Part shown: positions 1-13,310 of the stretch, piece after piece
How positions within the stretch are numbered: the first letter of the stretch is position 1
Layout: each line of letters opens with the position of its first letter
Assembly: GCF_006345805.1 (NCBI RefSeq)
Contig: NC_043000.1
Span: forward strand, 87,668,001 to 87,732,000
Source: Octopus sinensis
Lineage: Eukaryota
Length of the DNA: 64,000 nt
Direction of reading: 5' to 3'
Notes under the pieces: model-generated
What the model saw: only the letters and a program-made list of their open reading frames with translations
Databases searched by the model: none
Told to the model about the DNA's origin: nothing
Translations under genes and position numbers: made by a program

Positions 1-66
1 ATATATATATATATATATATGTATATATATTATATATATATGTATATAATATATATATATATATAT

Positions 67-158
<92 letters not shown>

Positions 159-230
159 ATATATATATTATATATAATATATATATATGTAATATAAATT
201 ATATATACTTACATATATGTACACATATAT
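1..230. repeat. (AT)n microsatellite
   Basis: Direct reading. Similar tracts at ~6590-6710, 7450-7572, 10950-11140, 17935-18023, 19570-19720, 19925-20085 and 20400-20520. Confidence 0.97.
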
Positions 231-244
231 GTATTTATACATGT

Positions 245-900
245 ATATATGGGCACAGGACATAAAAAACATTGAACACAATGAGAAACGAAAACATAAA
301 AACAAAAACGTAGAAAACGAACTTTTTTTTCGAACAACGAAAAATACAAACAGAGAAACGAGCCATGCAACATAAAAATATTCCCCTTCATCAGTTGTCC
401 CCGTTCCATCTACTCAGCTTTCGAAGGCAAGGACAATACGCGACTTCATTTGAAACAATCCTTCCCGCAAAGGAAATTAAATAAAAATTTGGGATTCTTT
501 TGCGGAGGGTGAAAGTGGTAACAAAAACAGGACAGTGAGAACAAGACTGTAAAAACAAACGGTGAGGGTTGTTAAGCCAAGACGATAGAACAATTATTAT
601 GAACGCTAGGAGGACGATCTTATGAGGGGAGACAGGTATAAGCACGTGTTGTCTTTAGGAAGGAAATGGGCAGAAAAATAGATTCCCTTTCATCACGTGT
701 CAGCGTCGGGAGAGTCAAGGAGGAAGAGTGAGAGAAAGGGAACGGTGAAGAGGAGAGGAGAATAATAGGGAAGGGTGGGAGAGAAAACCAGAAAGGATGA
801 AGAACATGAAAGGGAGAGAGATAGACAAAAAAGAGATAGTAGTGCGCATCATAATTATTAAAATAAAACTTACTTTGGAAAAGTATGCGTGGCGTTCGAT
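245..900. repeat. Unclassified dispersed repeat; its first ~80 bp recur at ~990-1065
   Basis: atatatgggcacaggacataaaaaac...aaaacgtagaa at ~245 matches atatatgggtacaggacataaaaaaaac...aaaacatagaa at ~990. Confidence 0.5.
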
Positions 901-1061
901 TATATAATAATATAAATAATATATCAATATATGCATATATACATGCATATATGTATATACCTACATATATATGTATATATGCATGCATATATGGGTACAG
1001 GACATAAAAAAAACGTTGAACGTAATGAGAAACCAAAACATAAAAAACAAAAACATAGAAT

Positions 1062-1354
1062 ACGTCATTATCCGTAAAATTCGGCCACTTATGAAGATCT
1101 TTAGTCCAATCTGATTTCAGCACATTAGGATCAGATAAAGCTTCACGGAGAGGAGTTACAAGTTTCTGCTTATTCCGATCTAAAGCACACTTCTCGTCTG
1201 TTGATTTTAATTCATTGACATTCTTTATCGACAGAATTTTAATACCTTTTAACCTTTCAACCAAATCCGCCTTTTTTCCAGTAACATACTGTCCATGTAA
1301 TCGCAAATAATTCTTTAATTCGAGCTGCTTAATATTCATGATATGACATGACAC
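1062..1354 (-). pseudogene. 5' fragment of a SAP-domain ORF, probably a DNA-transposon accessory gene
   Basis: LELKNYLRLHGQYVTGKKADLVERL fits the SAP pattern and is followed by WTKDLHKWPNF. The frame then runs into an unrelated repeat and microsatellite. Confidence 0.5.
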
Positions 1355-2016
1355 ACAACAACAATGGCGTGGGTAGCCCGCAGAAGTAGAATTGTCTGCA
1401 TGGAGAGCCGCCTAACCAAGGGAGATAATCTACTTATCGGGCCTCAAAATTTATTTCCTCTTATTTTACAATTTCATACAGAATATTTTTATGGTCTTAA
1501 GGATCTACACGTATTTCCACTGCACAGATTACGAGCAATTGCAATTACAACCCGGCATAATTTTCAGTGCAGCTACTTCAGGGTCTTTCCATTCGACTAG
1601 TTTCGAAGCGAACTGAGTGGAGTTAGTTGTTTGTCAGTTATGGTTCGGGGGGGGGGGGCGTGGTCTTTTGAAACTGAAATCTGATCCGTTTGTAGGCTTG
1701 CCCAGATTCACACCAGTGACTGTCCGAAGTTAGGATTTGATACAATTGAATCATGGACGCACACAGATAGATTCCATCTACGTACATTCTTCTGTGAACC
1801 CCTATTAAAAATTCCCTTACAAAAAGGCTGACACATCCAATTACTAAGGTTTTAAATACTGGGCATTATATATTTGACCTTTTTATTATCAAAGCAATGG
1901 ATTAAATCCAACGAAACTAAAAATTACAAAAACTACTGACATATCCACTACATACCTAACCAAAGGGCAACACACCTCTTTATACACACTCGCTTGCAAA
2001 GTTTTACATATTACTC

Positions 2017-2292
2017 TCTCTTTACTTGTTTCAGTCATTTGACTGTGACCATGCTGGAGCACCGCCTTTAGCCAATCGAGCAAATCGACCCCAGGACTTA
2101 TTCTTTGTAAGCCTAGTACTTATTCTATCAGTCTCTTTTGCCGAACCGTTATGTTGCGGGGACGTAAACACATCAGCATCGGTTGTCAAGCGATGTTAGA
2201 GGGACAAAGACAGACAAACAAACATATACACACACATACATACATACATACATACATACATACATACATACATACATGCATACATACATACA

Positions 2293-2328
<36 letters not shown>

Positions 2329-2483
2329 TATACGACGGGCTTCTTTCAGTTTCCGTCTACCAAATCCACTCACAAGGCTTTGGTCGGCCCGAGGCTATAG
2401 TAGAAGACACTTGCAGGGTGCCACGCAGTGGGACTGAACCCGGAAGTATGTGGTTGGTAAGCAAGCTACTTACCACACAGCCA
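2017..2483 (-). mobile_element. tRNA-headed SINE, family A, with internal (CATA)n tract
   Basis: Minus strand starts GGCTGTGTGGTAAGTAGCTT...GGGTTCAGTCCCAC (A/B-box-like) and ends actgaaacaagtaaaaga. Many homologous copies in the window. Confidence 0.85.
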
Positions 2484-3139
2484 CAAACAATAACATACCC
2501 CAAATTTAATCTATAAAAATTTTTCCAAACATTTCTCCATAACAAGCCACTCTAAAACATAACGAAAATTTTAAGTCAACAGAGACTATATAAAGCTAAG
2601 ATTAACTTCAAAACATTGCAGTTCGACGATGGTTTAACTGTCCGAAACGTCGAAGACATTGTCAATAATATTTAATATTCTTGTTTAAGAATAACGTGTG
2701 TGTATACATACACACACATACATGCATATATGTACATGCATACATACACACACATGTATATATGTGTGTTTGTGTGTGTGAATGTGTGTGTATACTTGTA
2801 TGTATGTATGTATGTATGTATGTATGTATGTATGTATGTATGTATACAAGTAACCACATCCTATTTGGCTATTTGAAAGTGAATATTCTGGTTGCAACAT
2901 GGATTTTAAAATGCAAAATAATTTCGCATCCATTTTCATTTAGGAGAGTTGGTTGAATGGAAAAAAGGAGAAACGTCTCGGCAGCGACTTGTACTTTAAT
3001 ATACTTTTGTATGTGAATGATGGCGTAAACAACAAAATACATTTAAAGTGAGAAACTTTCCAATTTATTGGTGTTTAGCCAGAGGTTGTCTTTGATTGAG
3101 TAGATCTAAATATAATGAAAGCCTCCAGCAACGATTACC

Positions 3140-3170
3140 CGTCATTTCGTTTGTATGTGTATATATGAAT

Positions 3171-3226
<56 letters not shown>

Positions 3227-3317
3227 ATTCATATACACACATGTGTATGTGTATGGCCGCGGCCTTCGGGCTAAAACATTTTTAAGGATTTTAAGAATTT
3301 ATATATATATATATATG

Positions 3318-3361
<44 letters not shown>

Positions 3362-3396
3362 GTGTGTATGTGTGTGTGTATGTATATATATATATG

Positions 3397-3447
<51 letters not shown>

Positions 3448-3466
3448 ATATATATGTATACGTATG

Positions 3467-3497
<31 letters not shown>

Positions 3498-3588
3498 GCG
3501 TATGTTTGTGAATACATATCTCTCTCTGTCTCTCTCTCCCCACCATCTCTCTTTCTCTGTCTATCTGTCTGTCTCTTTGTCTACCTAC

Positions 3589-3623
<35 letters not shown>

Positions 3624-3625
3624 CC
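3140..3625. repeat. Compound (AC)/(AT)/(GT)/(CT)/(ATCT) microsatellite
   Basis: Direct reading. Similar compound tracts at 2680-2845, 11280-11520, 16692-16912 and 31085-31585. Confidence 0.95.
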
Positions 3626-4127
3626 TGTTTTTGTCCTCTTTCTTTCCATTTACGATCCCTTTTGATCGAAAACCAAACCCTCTTCTTTTACCCCCAAAAG
3701 AAAAGCTCTACCTTGTAATTTCGTCCTGTCTGTGTGCAGCGCTGTGTCGCTAATAAAGAAACATATCTATCTATCTATCTCGCTAGCTAGCTAGCTGTTT
3801 GTCTATGTTTGTCCATTCCAATATTTTGTTTTCGTCGTGATATAATAAAAAATTTTTTATATAAAAAGTAAAGGATTACTCAATACTTTTTGTACAGTAT
3901 ATATTTAGTATAGGATGCAGTTTCGAAGTTTCTATCAACACTATACTTGTAAAAGAAAAATATATGTGTGTCTGCGTGTGCACGCGCATATTCATAGATT
4001 TGTATGTGAGTGTATATGTATATGTGGTAATAAGAATAACAAGAATGCAACAGAATACATCTCAACTCGTCTAAGCAAAGAATAAACTCATTGAATGTGT
4101 TCATTGGATAATAATAAATACTTATTG

Positions 4128-4520
4128 AGCGGTGAGCTGGCAGAAACGTTAGCACACCAGGCGAAATGCTTAGCAGTATTTCGTCTGTCTTTACGTTTTG
4201 AGTTCGAATTCCGCCGAGGTCGTCTTTGCCTTTCATCCTTTCGGGGTCGATTAAATAAGTACCAGTTACGCATTGGAGTCGATATAATCGACTTAATCCA
4301 TTTGTCTGTCCTTGTTTGTCCTCTCTGTGTTTAGCCCCTTGTGGGCAGTAAAGAAATAGGTATTTCGTCTGTCTTTACGTTCTGAGTTCAAATTCTGCCG
4401 AGGTCGACTTTGCCCTTCATCATTTCGGGGTCAATAAATTAAGTGCCAGTACTAGGGTCGACGTAATTGACTGGCCCCCTACATCAAAATTTCGGGCCTT
4501 ATGCCTAGAGTAGAAAAGAA
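4128..4520 (+). mobile_element. tRNA-headed SINE, family B, with internal duplication
   Basis: gcggtgagctggcagaaacgttagcac...gagttcgaattccgccgagg, with tatttcgtctgtctttacgtt...gaggtcg repeated at ~4177 and ~4361. Decayed minus copies at ~43865-43955, 58670-58880, 59385-59600 and 59625-59830. Confidence 0.8.
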
Positions 4521-6414
4521 TAATAAATACTTATAGATAAAGCCAGTCTACGACCTGAAAAGGAAGGGAGTATATTCTCATACGCTTAATGCTATCACAC
4601 ATTTCCTACGAAAGCAAGCGTTTGTTTCTACAATCATTGACTTCGGGGTTCAGAAAGTCATTGGTTACTGTGACCGGTGATTATTGGGTAAATTGTAGCC
4701 AATCAAGTGGTTTTGTATTTCTAACAGCTTGGAAGGACAAACATACCGAAGCGAATGTACAGAAATGGACAAGAAATTTTTTGGTTCTGCTAATACTTCA
4801 AAAAACATATATATTATTTAATAACAGTTTGACTCAGCTCTATAGGTTCGTAGAACGAACCTATCTTTTCAGGCATATTGAGTAACGGATTATGAGACTA
4901 ATTCAAAATGGCTGTTAGATGTTGCATTTTTATTGGTCAACTCAAGTCACGTGGTTTTGTTGGTCTGGAAGCAACATCAGTTATTTTTTTTTTATTCTTA
5001 GGCCCACTTGCTCGAGCAGGATGTTGATAGGTAGCGGTCTCCGCAATGTCTGGAAGCTTCTGTATGATTTATTTAACCTTGTGACGTTATGTCCCTCTTA
5101 GATTCTAAAAGAGGATTTGTAATTATTCAGCCCTTAAAGAAGCCATCCGTTACCCCAATGTGTTTCTGTTTGTGTTCCTCATCTGTTGTTCGACATGTCA
5201 ACTTTACTTTATAGATTACAGACACTGTATTTCTTTGAATGGGTACTCACAATTAATTGTATATGAACGTCTTGCCTCTGTACGGGACATTAGGACGTTC
5301 AGTAAATTTATTTGATTCTACACGCACTGAGACAACCCAGCTTATACATATACTTTCGTTATAAAAGAGGCTAGTTGTGAGAGGGTTCCATCGTGGTCGT
5401 TGGATTGTAGTTTCAATTCCTGGACCAGATGATACGTTGTGCTCTTAAGCAAAACACTTAACTTCACATTGCTCCACTCTTGGCCGGCGAAAACTCTTGC
5501 GACGGATAAGTCCAGTATACGGCTCAGAATCCGGGAAACCGACCTTATGAGCCATAGCCCGCGAAGGATCTTTGTTCATTGTTTTGATAAAAGAGGTTAT
5601 GCGCTTCCTGCCAGTATGTCTGAGGTGTCGTAAATATCGCCGAGTGTAGTAATCGTTGGTAAAACGTCGATAATATTCTGACCATCTCTATACCATAACC
5701 AATAATATACAGTTTGACCCTTCTAGCCTCTTCTATTTTACCAAAAGCTAGAATTAAGATAACAAGTACAACCAACGAAATCCATTGTTCTCAATGATAT
5801 GTTTATCTTTCTGGATAGTTATAAAAACAAGAACCCCCCAAGCAAAAGTTGGTGACAACCGAGTTAGTGAGAACCTGAGTTAGGGAGAGCGACCATCATT
5901 TAGTGAACGGACAACTAGTCAGGGCCACAAGCAGGCAGCTACTATAGACAAATGGTCAGAGGGAGAAAGTTTACAATCAGCAACTATGAGACCCAACTTC
6001 CCTCGACTCTTCAACTTTCACTAGCTCAATTTCTTTTCTCTTACAACATCATTCTATCCCTGTCTGTAATTACTACTACCCAATGATGAGAACACAAACT
6101 GTACAAGGAAAATCTATTACATCTATCTTTACTTCGCATGATTCACGATTTTATCACCTGCCCGTCGAGGCAAGGTATGTTACAATGTAACGGCAAAATA
6201 AATATTTTCTTTACAACCTCAATCACTGTTCTTCCATCTTTACATAATGGCAATCAACTAAGAACCAATCCTTACAAACTGATTACAACTCCGACGTTCC
6301 ATACTACTGTTTACAAATTAATTTCAACCGTTACAAAAATAAACTACCGTTACAAATTGGTGATCCCGACGTTGCACCATAACAGGTATTGATTACAAAT
6401 TGATGACTCTACCG

Positions 6415-6461
<47 letters not shown>

Positions 6462-6591
6462 CAGGGTGTCCCAAAAAAATGTATACACATAGTGGTTCGG
6501 CATAAGAGAACGATAGAATAAGTACTAGGCTTACAAAGAATAACAAATTTACAATTATTTAAGGTGTGTATACATTTTTTGGGTCACCCTG
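6462..6591. mobile_element. Tc1/mariner-type MITE
   Basis: TIRs CAGGGTGTCCCAAAAAAATGTATACAC / GTGTATACATTTTTTGGGTCACCCTG with TA on both sides. Confidence 0.85.
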
Positions 6592-6596
6592 TACAT

Positions 6597-6697
<101 letters not shown>

Positions 6698-7340
6698 CAT
6701 ACATATATATGCCTGTGTTATTTTCCCATGGATTCTCCTCCTTGAACTATCTCTTATATAGCATAGCAAATACTTATTTCTTAACTAATCTTATCGCACC
6801 TATTTCATTCAATTTAACCGAAGTAAACTTAATATTATTTAGAACTGATTACAGAGGTAGGCTATAATTAATTATATACATCTATTAGAAACGAACTCCA
6901 GTCCTGTTCTTTTATCATTTAGTTACCATCAAATATCTTCTCTGTAATAACTTTTCTCTATACTACCCTTCCATTTCTGTCGTTTTATGATTGTAGTAGT
7001 GAAAATATAGAAGTACATTCCTTTTTCTTTATATTCATTGCTCTAGTATACTTTTAAACTTGATGACACTTGCGCCACAGAGATCTGTGACATTGACAAG
7101 TTTATTCTAAATCAAAGAAGGTAATTCGATATATCAGAATCAGTGGCGGCTCGTAGATAAAATTAGTTGGCTGTGCTGTTTCAGAAAATTTTTAGCCATT
7201 GTTTTAATATTGTATAAAAGGAAACAAACATATATTTGTACATAAACTTGATCGGTTCGAGTTTTAACCACTGCCGGGTGGTGTGTTTAATTTGTTCACT
7301 AAACGCTGCCGCGAATTCCCCTTTGTTTGTAGTGATGAAA

Positions 7341-7570
<230 letters not shown>

Positions 7571-8810
7571 TATGCTGGACTCTCTCGTCGAAGACGACGT
7601 ATGAGTGTTCAGCTTTTTGCCGAACGACCTGCACAAATGATTTGTTTGTAGTGATGAAATGTTCGTTTCGTACTGTAGCTCACTCTCGCCATCAAATCGA
7701 TGTTGTCTGAACAGATGCACGGTGTACCAAGCATCAGGTGTCCATGTAGCGATAGAAAGTAGGGATTAAAGACATCCAGAATGTCAAGTAAGGAAAATGA
7801 ATATCCATTTAGGTTAAATACACAGATCATTCCATAAATGCTGTAAGTCCTAAGAGATTCACCAATCAATTAGTTGGTGAATTTATCACGGGGTATGATA
7901 GCAATCAGGCGAAAAATTGATGACGTTGTTACATAACTTTATTCAAAGTCACGATCGTTGCGAATACCTACACGAACTATTTCATCACTATACACGTTGA
8001 TTTGTATACATAAATTCGAATCCTTACAATAATTAATCAATTAAATAATTTGTCCTCCACTATTCTCATCAGAGCTGAAAGTCATTATGGTAGATTTTTT
8101 TTAGAGTTTCCAACAAACATATAGTGAGGTAGCGCTGCATGGTATACAGTTACAGATATCTAGTATTCCCCCCTATCAAGACAAATCAAGATATAAAGAT
8201 TGTAGATTCAGGCCAGAAACGGCGGCTCGTGTGTAGGCACTGTGGAATTGCAGTACCCCCTATTTCCATTCGATATTATCAATAACATTCAATATAATGA
8301 GTCCTTTTTTCTTTAATTCTTGGTTTAAACTTGGTCAGTATATAATCTTAAGCTTAATGTCAGTAATCATCCCTTGGTTTATGAAAAAAATGCAAAAATC
8401 CTTGTATAGACCTGTGCGCTTCATAGTTCCAGCGACGCGGTGTTTGGCTGTTGTGCGCATGCTCACATGCCCGAGATAGGAAGCTGCACGCTAGGGAGAG
8501 ACAGCACTGTGATTCACGCAGTGCCGAAACTCGTGTGCTGGTGAAAGGTAGTGTTTCCTTTTGACTCTGGATGTGTTGTGCTTAAAAACGTGTTTATATT
8601 CTTCAATGTGATAAAGTGCAGATTTTGATTATTTGCCTGCTTCTAGCTACTGTGTTGCTGTCAGGATATGAAAAATTGGGTAGATTTCACCCCCTTATTT
8701 TGTCTCAGGTCTTCTATACTTAATTTAAGTACCCGTTGGATTGCACTGTCTATTAGGGGCTGTGGATAGTTTCTATTTGTGAGTGTGGTTCTAAGTTCCT
8801 AAGTTCCCAG

Positions 8811-9941
8811 ATGACACTCGAGAAATATGGAAACACCTTCGCCACCTATATCCATAACAACTGGAAAAGATACCTCGATGACTGTTTCATCATCTGGGAC
8901 AAAGGTATAGAGAAACTTGAGGAATTTAAAATACTATTAAATGGAATAAATGACAATATACAATTCACGATGGACAACAACGAAAAAGAATTACCATTTT
9001 TAGACATCCTCATTAAGAAAACCGGCAACAAAATAGAGAGATATCTACTATAAACCGACAGACTCTAAACAGTACCTACCCTTTGATTCATGCCACCCAC
9101 GACACACTAGAATGAATGTCCCTTTTTGTTTAGCTAGAAGGATTTGCACCATAATATCAGACACAAACACCCGACACACACGTCTCCAGGAACTTAGAAC
9201 CACACTCACAAATAGAAACTATCCACAGCCCCTAATAGACAGTGCAATCCAACGGGTACTTAAATTAAGTATAGAAGACCTGAGACAAACAAAACCAAAA
9301 AAGAAAGAACAATTAAAAACCCTTCCCTACATCTCTACACACAACCCACTCAACAATGAGGCCTTCAACACCATACTACAAAGCACAGCCCTACTAAAGG
9401 GAGACCCAAAGATGAACCGGATCCTCGAAACACACACCATCATTAAAAGTAAACGGCAACCAAAATCCTTGAAAAGGATTTTAACCAAGCTACACTGCAC
9501 TCAACATCAACCACAAAACCAGCAGTTAGAAAATGTGGAAGGCCCAACTGCGGAATCTGTGTCATCTTGAAAGAAGGATCAGAATTTATACTGGAACAAG
9601 GCCACCAGTTCACCATTAGAACAAACTTCACCTGCACATCAGAAAACTTAATTTACGTCATAACATGCGCAGGCTGCAATAGGCAGTATATAGGCCATAC
9701 AAAAAATAGCTTACGTAACAGGATGGCGGTGCATAAATCACAAATTAGAAACCCTGATTACCGCAAAATACCGGTCAGCGGACACATAGATAGATGTGCT
9801 GGAAATGTAAATCCGAAATTTACAACTAACCCGCTCTATAAATTCAGTGACAACGCAACCTTCACACAACGCCAAAATAAAGAACTATATTTCATAAAAA
9901 AATTTAGACCAAGTTTAAACACCCTAGGCCAAGAATACTAA
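8811..9941 (+). pseudogene. PLE RT-GIY-YIG ORF with two frameshifts
   Basis: ORF-track pieces 8811-9053, 9112-9570 and 9567-9941 join into one PLE polyprotein after correcting the frameshifts. Confidence 0.88.
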
Positions 9942-10110
9942 AACAAAAGATAAGTCCTCCGAAAAGGAGAAGCAAAATTCCACCACGGCCGCTACTTTAA
10001 ACAGACACTCGCTCTGACGGAAATATGCCTTAGTAAAAAAGGAAAAAAATTCTTTCGTGCAAATCTGACCCTGATACATACGATACAGCTAAGGGTCAGA
10101 CCCGATTCTG

Positions 10111-10480
10111 ATTGGTCAACAAGTTGATGACGTCTAGCTCTGCTAGAATGGACAGGATACAAACAGGGGACAGTCATTAGTCAGAATATTGATGACGTCC
10201 TTTTCTGCTTGACTAGTCACCTAACAAGTACAGACAGGGGGCAGATCTAATGTAGCTATAAGTCGTGATTGGGCAGAATCTGGATGACGTCCCGTTCTGC
10301 TTGACTAACGAAGCGACTAGTCAAAACAGGAAACAAACAAGAGGCAGTTATAATGCAGCGATTGGTCAAAATAATGATGACGTCCCGTCTGCTTGACTAA
10401 AGCCACCTAACGAAACGATTGGTCAAAACGTTGATGACGTCACGCTACGCTGGATTGACCACCTAACAGGCATTATAAAA
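10111..10480 (+). promoter_or_regulatory. Five ATTGG-N12-TGACGTC modules followed by TATAAAA in the PLE pseudo-LTR
   Basis: ATTGG (or ATTAG) at 10111, 10176, 10268, 10361 and 10418; TGACGTC at 10128, 10193, 10285, 10378 and 10435; TATAAAA at 10474-10480. Confidence 0.7.
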
Positions 10481-10807
10481 CCGAGCACTTCACAAAACCC
10501 ACTAGAACCACCCAGCGAACATCCACCATGGGTCATCACAATTGCTTAAGGTAAAAATGAATTCCTCGCTCTTTCGGAAACATCAATCTTCTGTATTGAC
10601 CGCTTTCCACCACTTGATCTGTTTTTTGTATTGAATACGTATCGCCACCGTGGGCCACTGCATCGAACACTTTGAACATATACTTCAAACTATATATCAA
10701 CTATACATGAACTATATATCAACTATACATGAACTCTAAGATGTCTGACTCCGTTGTGTATATAAATGAATTTCTTGTGTTTGACGGCATGAGCTGTCTT
10801 TTTTTAT

Positions 10808-10850
10808 ATATAATTTTTTGATAAGGTTATTTCAGGAACTGAAACATGTT
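10808..10850 (+). ncRNA. Hammerhead-like motif, U3-A8 variant, helix I disrupted by an insertion
   Basis: TTGATAA 10818-10824, GGTT/AACT, GAAACATGTT. Confidence 0.5.
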
Positions 10851-10967
10851 ATAATGTATATATAAAATTAAAAATTGTATATAATACAGCAGCATTTTCG
10901 AACTTCATTTTTTACAAATATATACCTACTCGTATACGAGCTAATCCTATTATAATATTATATAATA

Positions 10968-11084
<117 letters not shown>

Positions 11085-12690
11085 ATATATATGTGTGTGG
11101 TGTGTGTGTGTATATATATGTATGTATGTATATATGTATATCTACCATAATGACTTTCAGGTCTGATGAAAATAGTGGAGGACAAATTATTTAATTGATT
11201 AATTATTGTAAGGGTTCGAATTTATGCATACAAATCAACGTGTCTAGTGATGAAGTTCGTCTAGGTATTCGCAACGATCGTGTATGTATATGTATATGTG
11301 TTTGTGTGTGTGTGTGTGTGTGTGTGAGTGTGTGTGTGTGTGCGTATGTGTGCGTATGTGAATATATATATGTATATATACGTATATATATGTATACGGA
11401 CGTCAGCCTGTCTATCTGTTTGTCTATCTGTCTGTCTGTATGTATGTATATTTGTATATATGTATGTGTATGTATATTAGTGTGTGTGTGTGTGTATGTG
11501 TGTGCGTGTGTGTGTGTGGTTTAGATAGAAACAGAGATGTTATATGTATGAAGAGTTAAATGATATTTTTTTTTTAAACATGAAAATGTTGACTAAAGTG
11601 AATATAGGTCTCAAACAAATACACATCCATCTGTTGCAGGACAGAAACTTAACCTTCTCATTTATTTATAGAATAATAATTTCTATAAATATTATTAAAA
11701 GACTTCTCAGAATAGATGAATATGGTATTCAGTTGGGTATTGAGAACCTATTCTATTGAAAAATAAAACTCCTTTAATAGAACTCATAAAAATCAATAAA
11801 TCTTTTACTATAATTCTTATTTAGTTTTTGAGTCATATTTAAAAGCTAAGAAAAATTGAAGTCGAGTAGAAAAGCAGTCGTGATGATCGAAAAAATCTTT
11901 CATTTCATGCTATTTGATAACATTTCCGAATGAAACTAGTTTTAGCTGATTTTATTATCTTTAGAAAATCATAAGCAACCGGAATCTTCATGCTGCCATC
12001 AGTCTGGAAGCAATATTGACATGAAGCCGGATACATCCTTTAATCCCAATGGAAGAAAAGGAAAGAAAATATGATTGGCAGAGGAATTAAATTTATGAAT
12101 TTTAGTAGGTAAAAAAAAAAGTATGTGTGCTCAAAACTGATTTAAAATTTTATTTTGCAGCAATTTCTGCTAACAGGAAGTAAGGCAGCAGAAACAGTAG
12201 AATATCAGAAAAAAAAATGCATTGCGACAAAATACATCACCACGGTCAGAAAAACCAAACGATCTTCCAAATTGTTTATTGCTTTACCTATGTAGAACTT
12301 GATAAAGAGCAATGGAGAATAGAGCAATGGGTTGCACTACTACTCAACAGTCACATAGAAGTACGGGTCGACGAGAGAATTTTGAAAATAATAAGACATG
12401 TATATATTCATATGCACATACATACACACACACAGATATACAAACACACATATATGTATGTATATAGTTGTATCTTTGTTTGTTTCATAGACAACGCTGT
12501 GAAGTGCTCAGATAGACAACCTGAAACGTTAGCTGTATATATATTTAAAAGGAAAATTCAGGTAAGTTCAACAATTTAAAATTATAATACAACATATACT
12601 CAGCCATAGAACCGGTGTATGCAAATTATTAAAATGTATTTAATGAATAGATTAAGTATATTGACATATATATTCAACGTATATTCTTTT

Positions 12691-12931
12691 ATTCTTTTAC
12701 TTGTTTTAGTCATTTGACTGCAGCCATGCTGGAGTACTGCCTTTAGTCGAATAAATCGACCCCAGAACTTATTCTTTGTAAGCCTAGTACTTATTCTATC
12801 GTTCTATTTTGCCGAACTGCTAGATTACGGGGATGTGAACACACCAACATCCGTTGTCAAGCGACGGTGGGGAGACAAGCACAGACATACAAACACACAC
12901 ACACACAGATACATGCATACATACATACATG

Positions 12932-12999
<68 letters not shown>

Positions 13000-13160
13000 A
13001 TATATATACGACTGGCTTTTTTGTCTATCAAATCCACTCACAAGGCTTTGGTCGGCCCGAGGGTATAGTAGAAGACACTTGCTCAAGGTGCCACGCACTG
13101 GGATTGAACCCAGACCATGTGGTTTGTAAGCAAGCTACTTACCATACAGTCACTCCTGCA
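12691..13160 (-). mobile_element. SINE family A copy
   Basis: Collinear with 2017-2483. Confidence 0.85.
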
Positions 13161-13310
13161 CATTAAATATATTTTAATAATTTGCATACACCGGTTTCAT
13201 GGCTAAATATATGTTGTATTATTGTTCTAAATTGTTGAACCTACCTGAATTCTCTTTTTAAATATAATATATATATCATTTATGTATACATACATACATA
13301 CATACATACA

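Larger units (their letters stand above)
8811..10925 (+). mobile_element. 5'-truncated Penelope-like element: RT, Cys linker, GIY-YIG endonuclease and 3' pseudo-LTR
   Basis: RT motif YLDDCFIIW, KPTD..QYL..DSCHP thumb, linker KCGRPNCGIC, and GIY-YIG NLIYVITCAGCNRQYIGHT...KFRPSLN. Frameshifts near 9040 and 9487. The tail ends in an HHR-like motif next to (AT)n. Confidence 0.92.

Noticed and set aside
360-470. CTGATGA and ...CTTCGAAAGC on the minus strand
   Set aside because: The core halves are not in HHR order around a helix II, and no helix I or III is present.
2400-2483. tRNA-like A/B boxes
   Set aside because: They are SINE heads, with no cloverleaf or acceptor stem; I found no real tRNA or rRNA genes.
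2151-3753. Many ORF-track entries rich in YI, HT, CV and MYVC
   Set aside because: They are translations of (AT)n, (AC)n and (CATA)n microsatellites; the same applies across the window.
7141-7260. CAGTGGCGGCTC, like a hAT terminus
   Set aside because: No partner TIR, 8-bp TSD or transposase was found.
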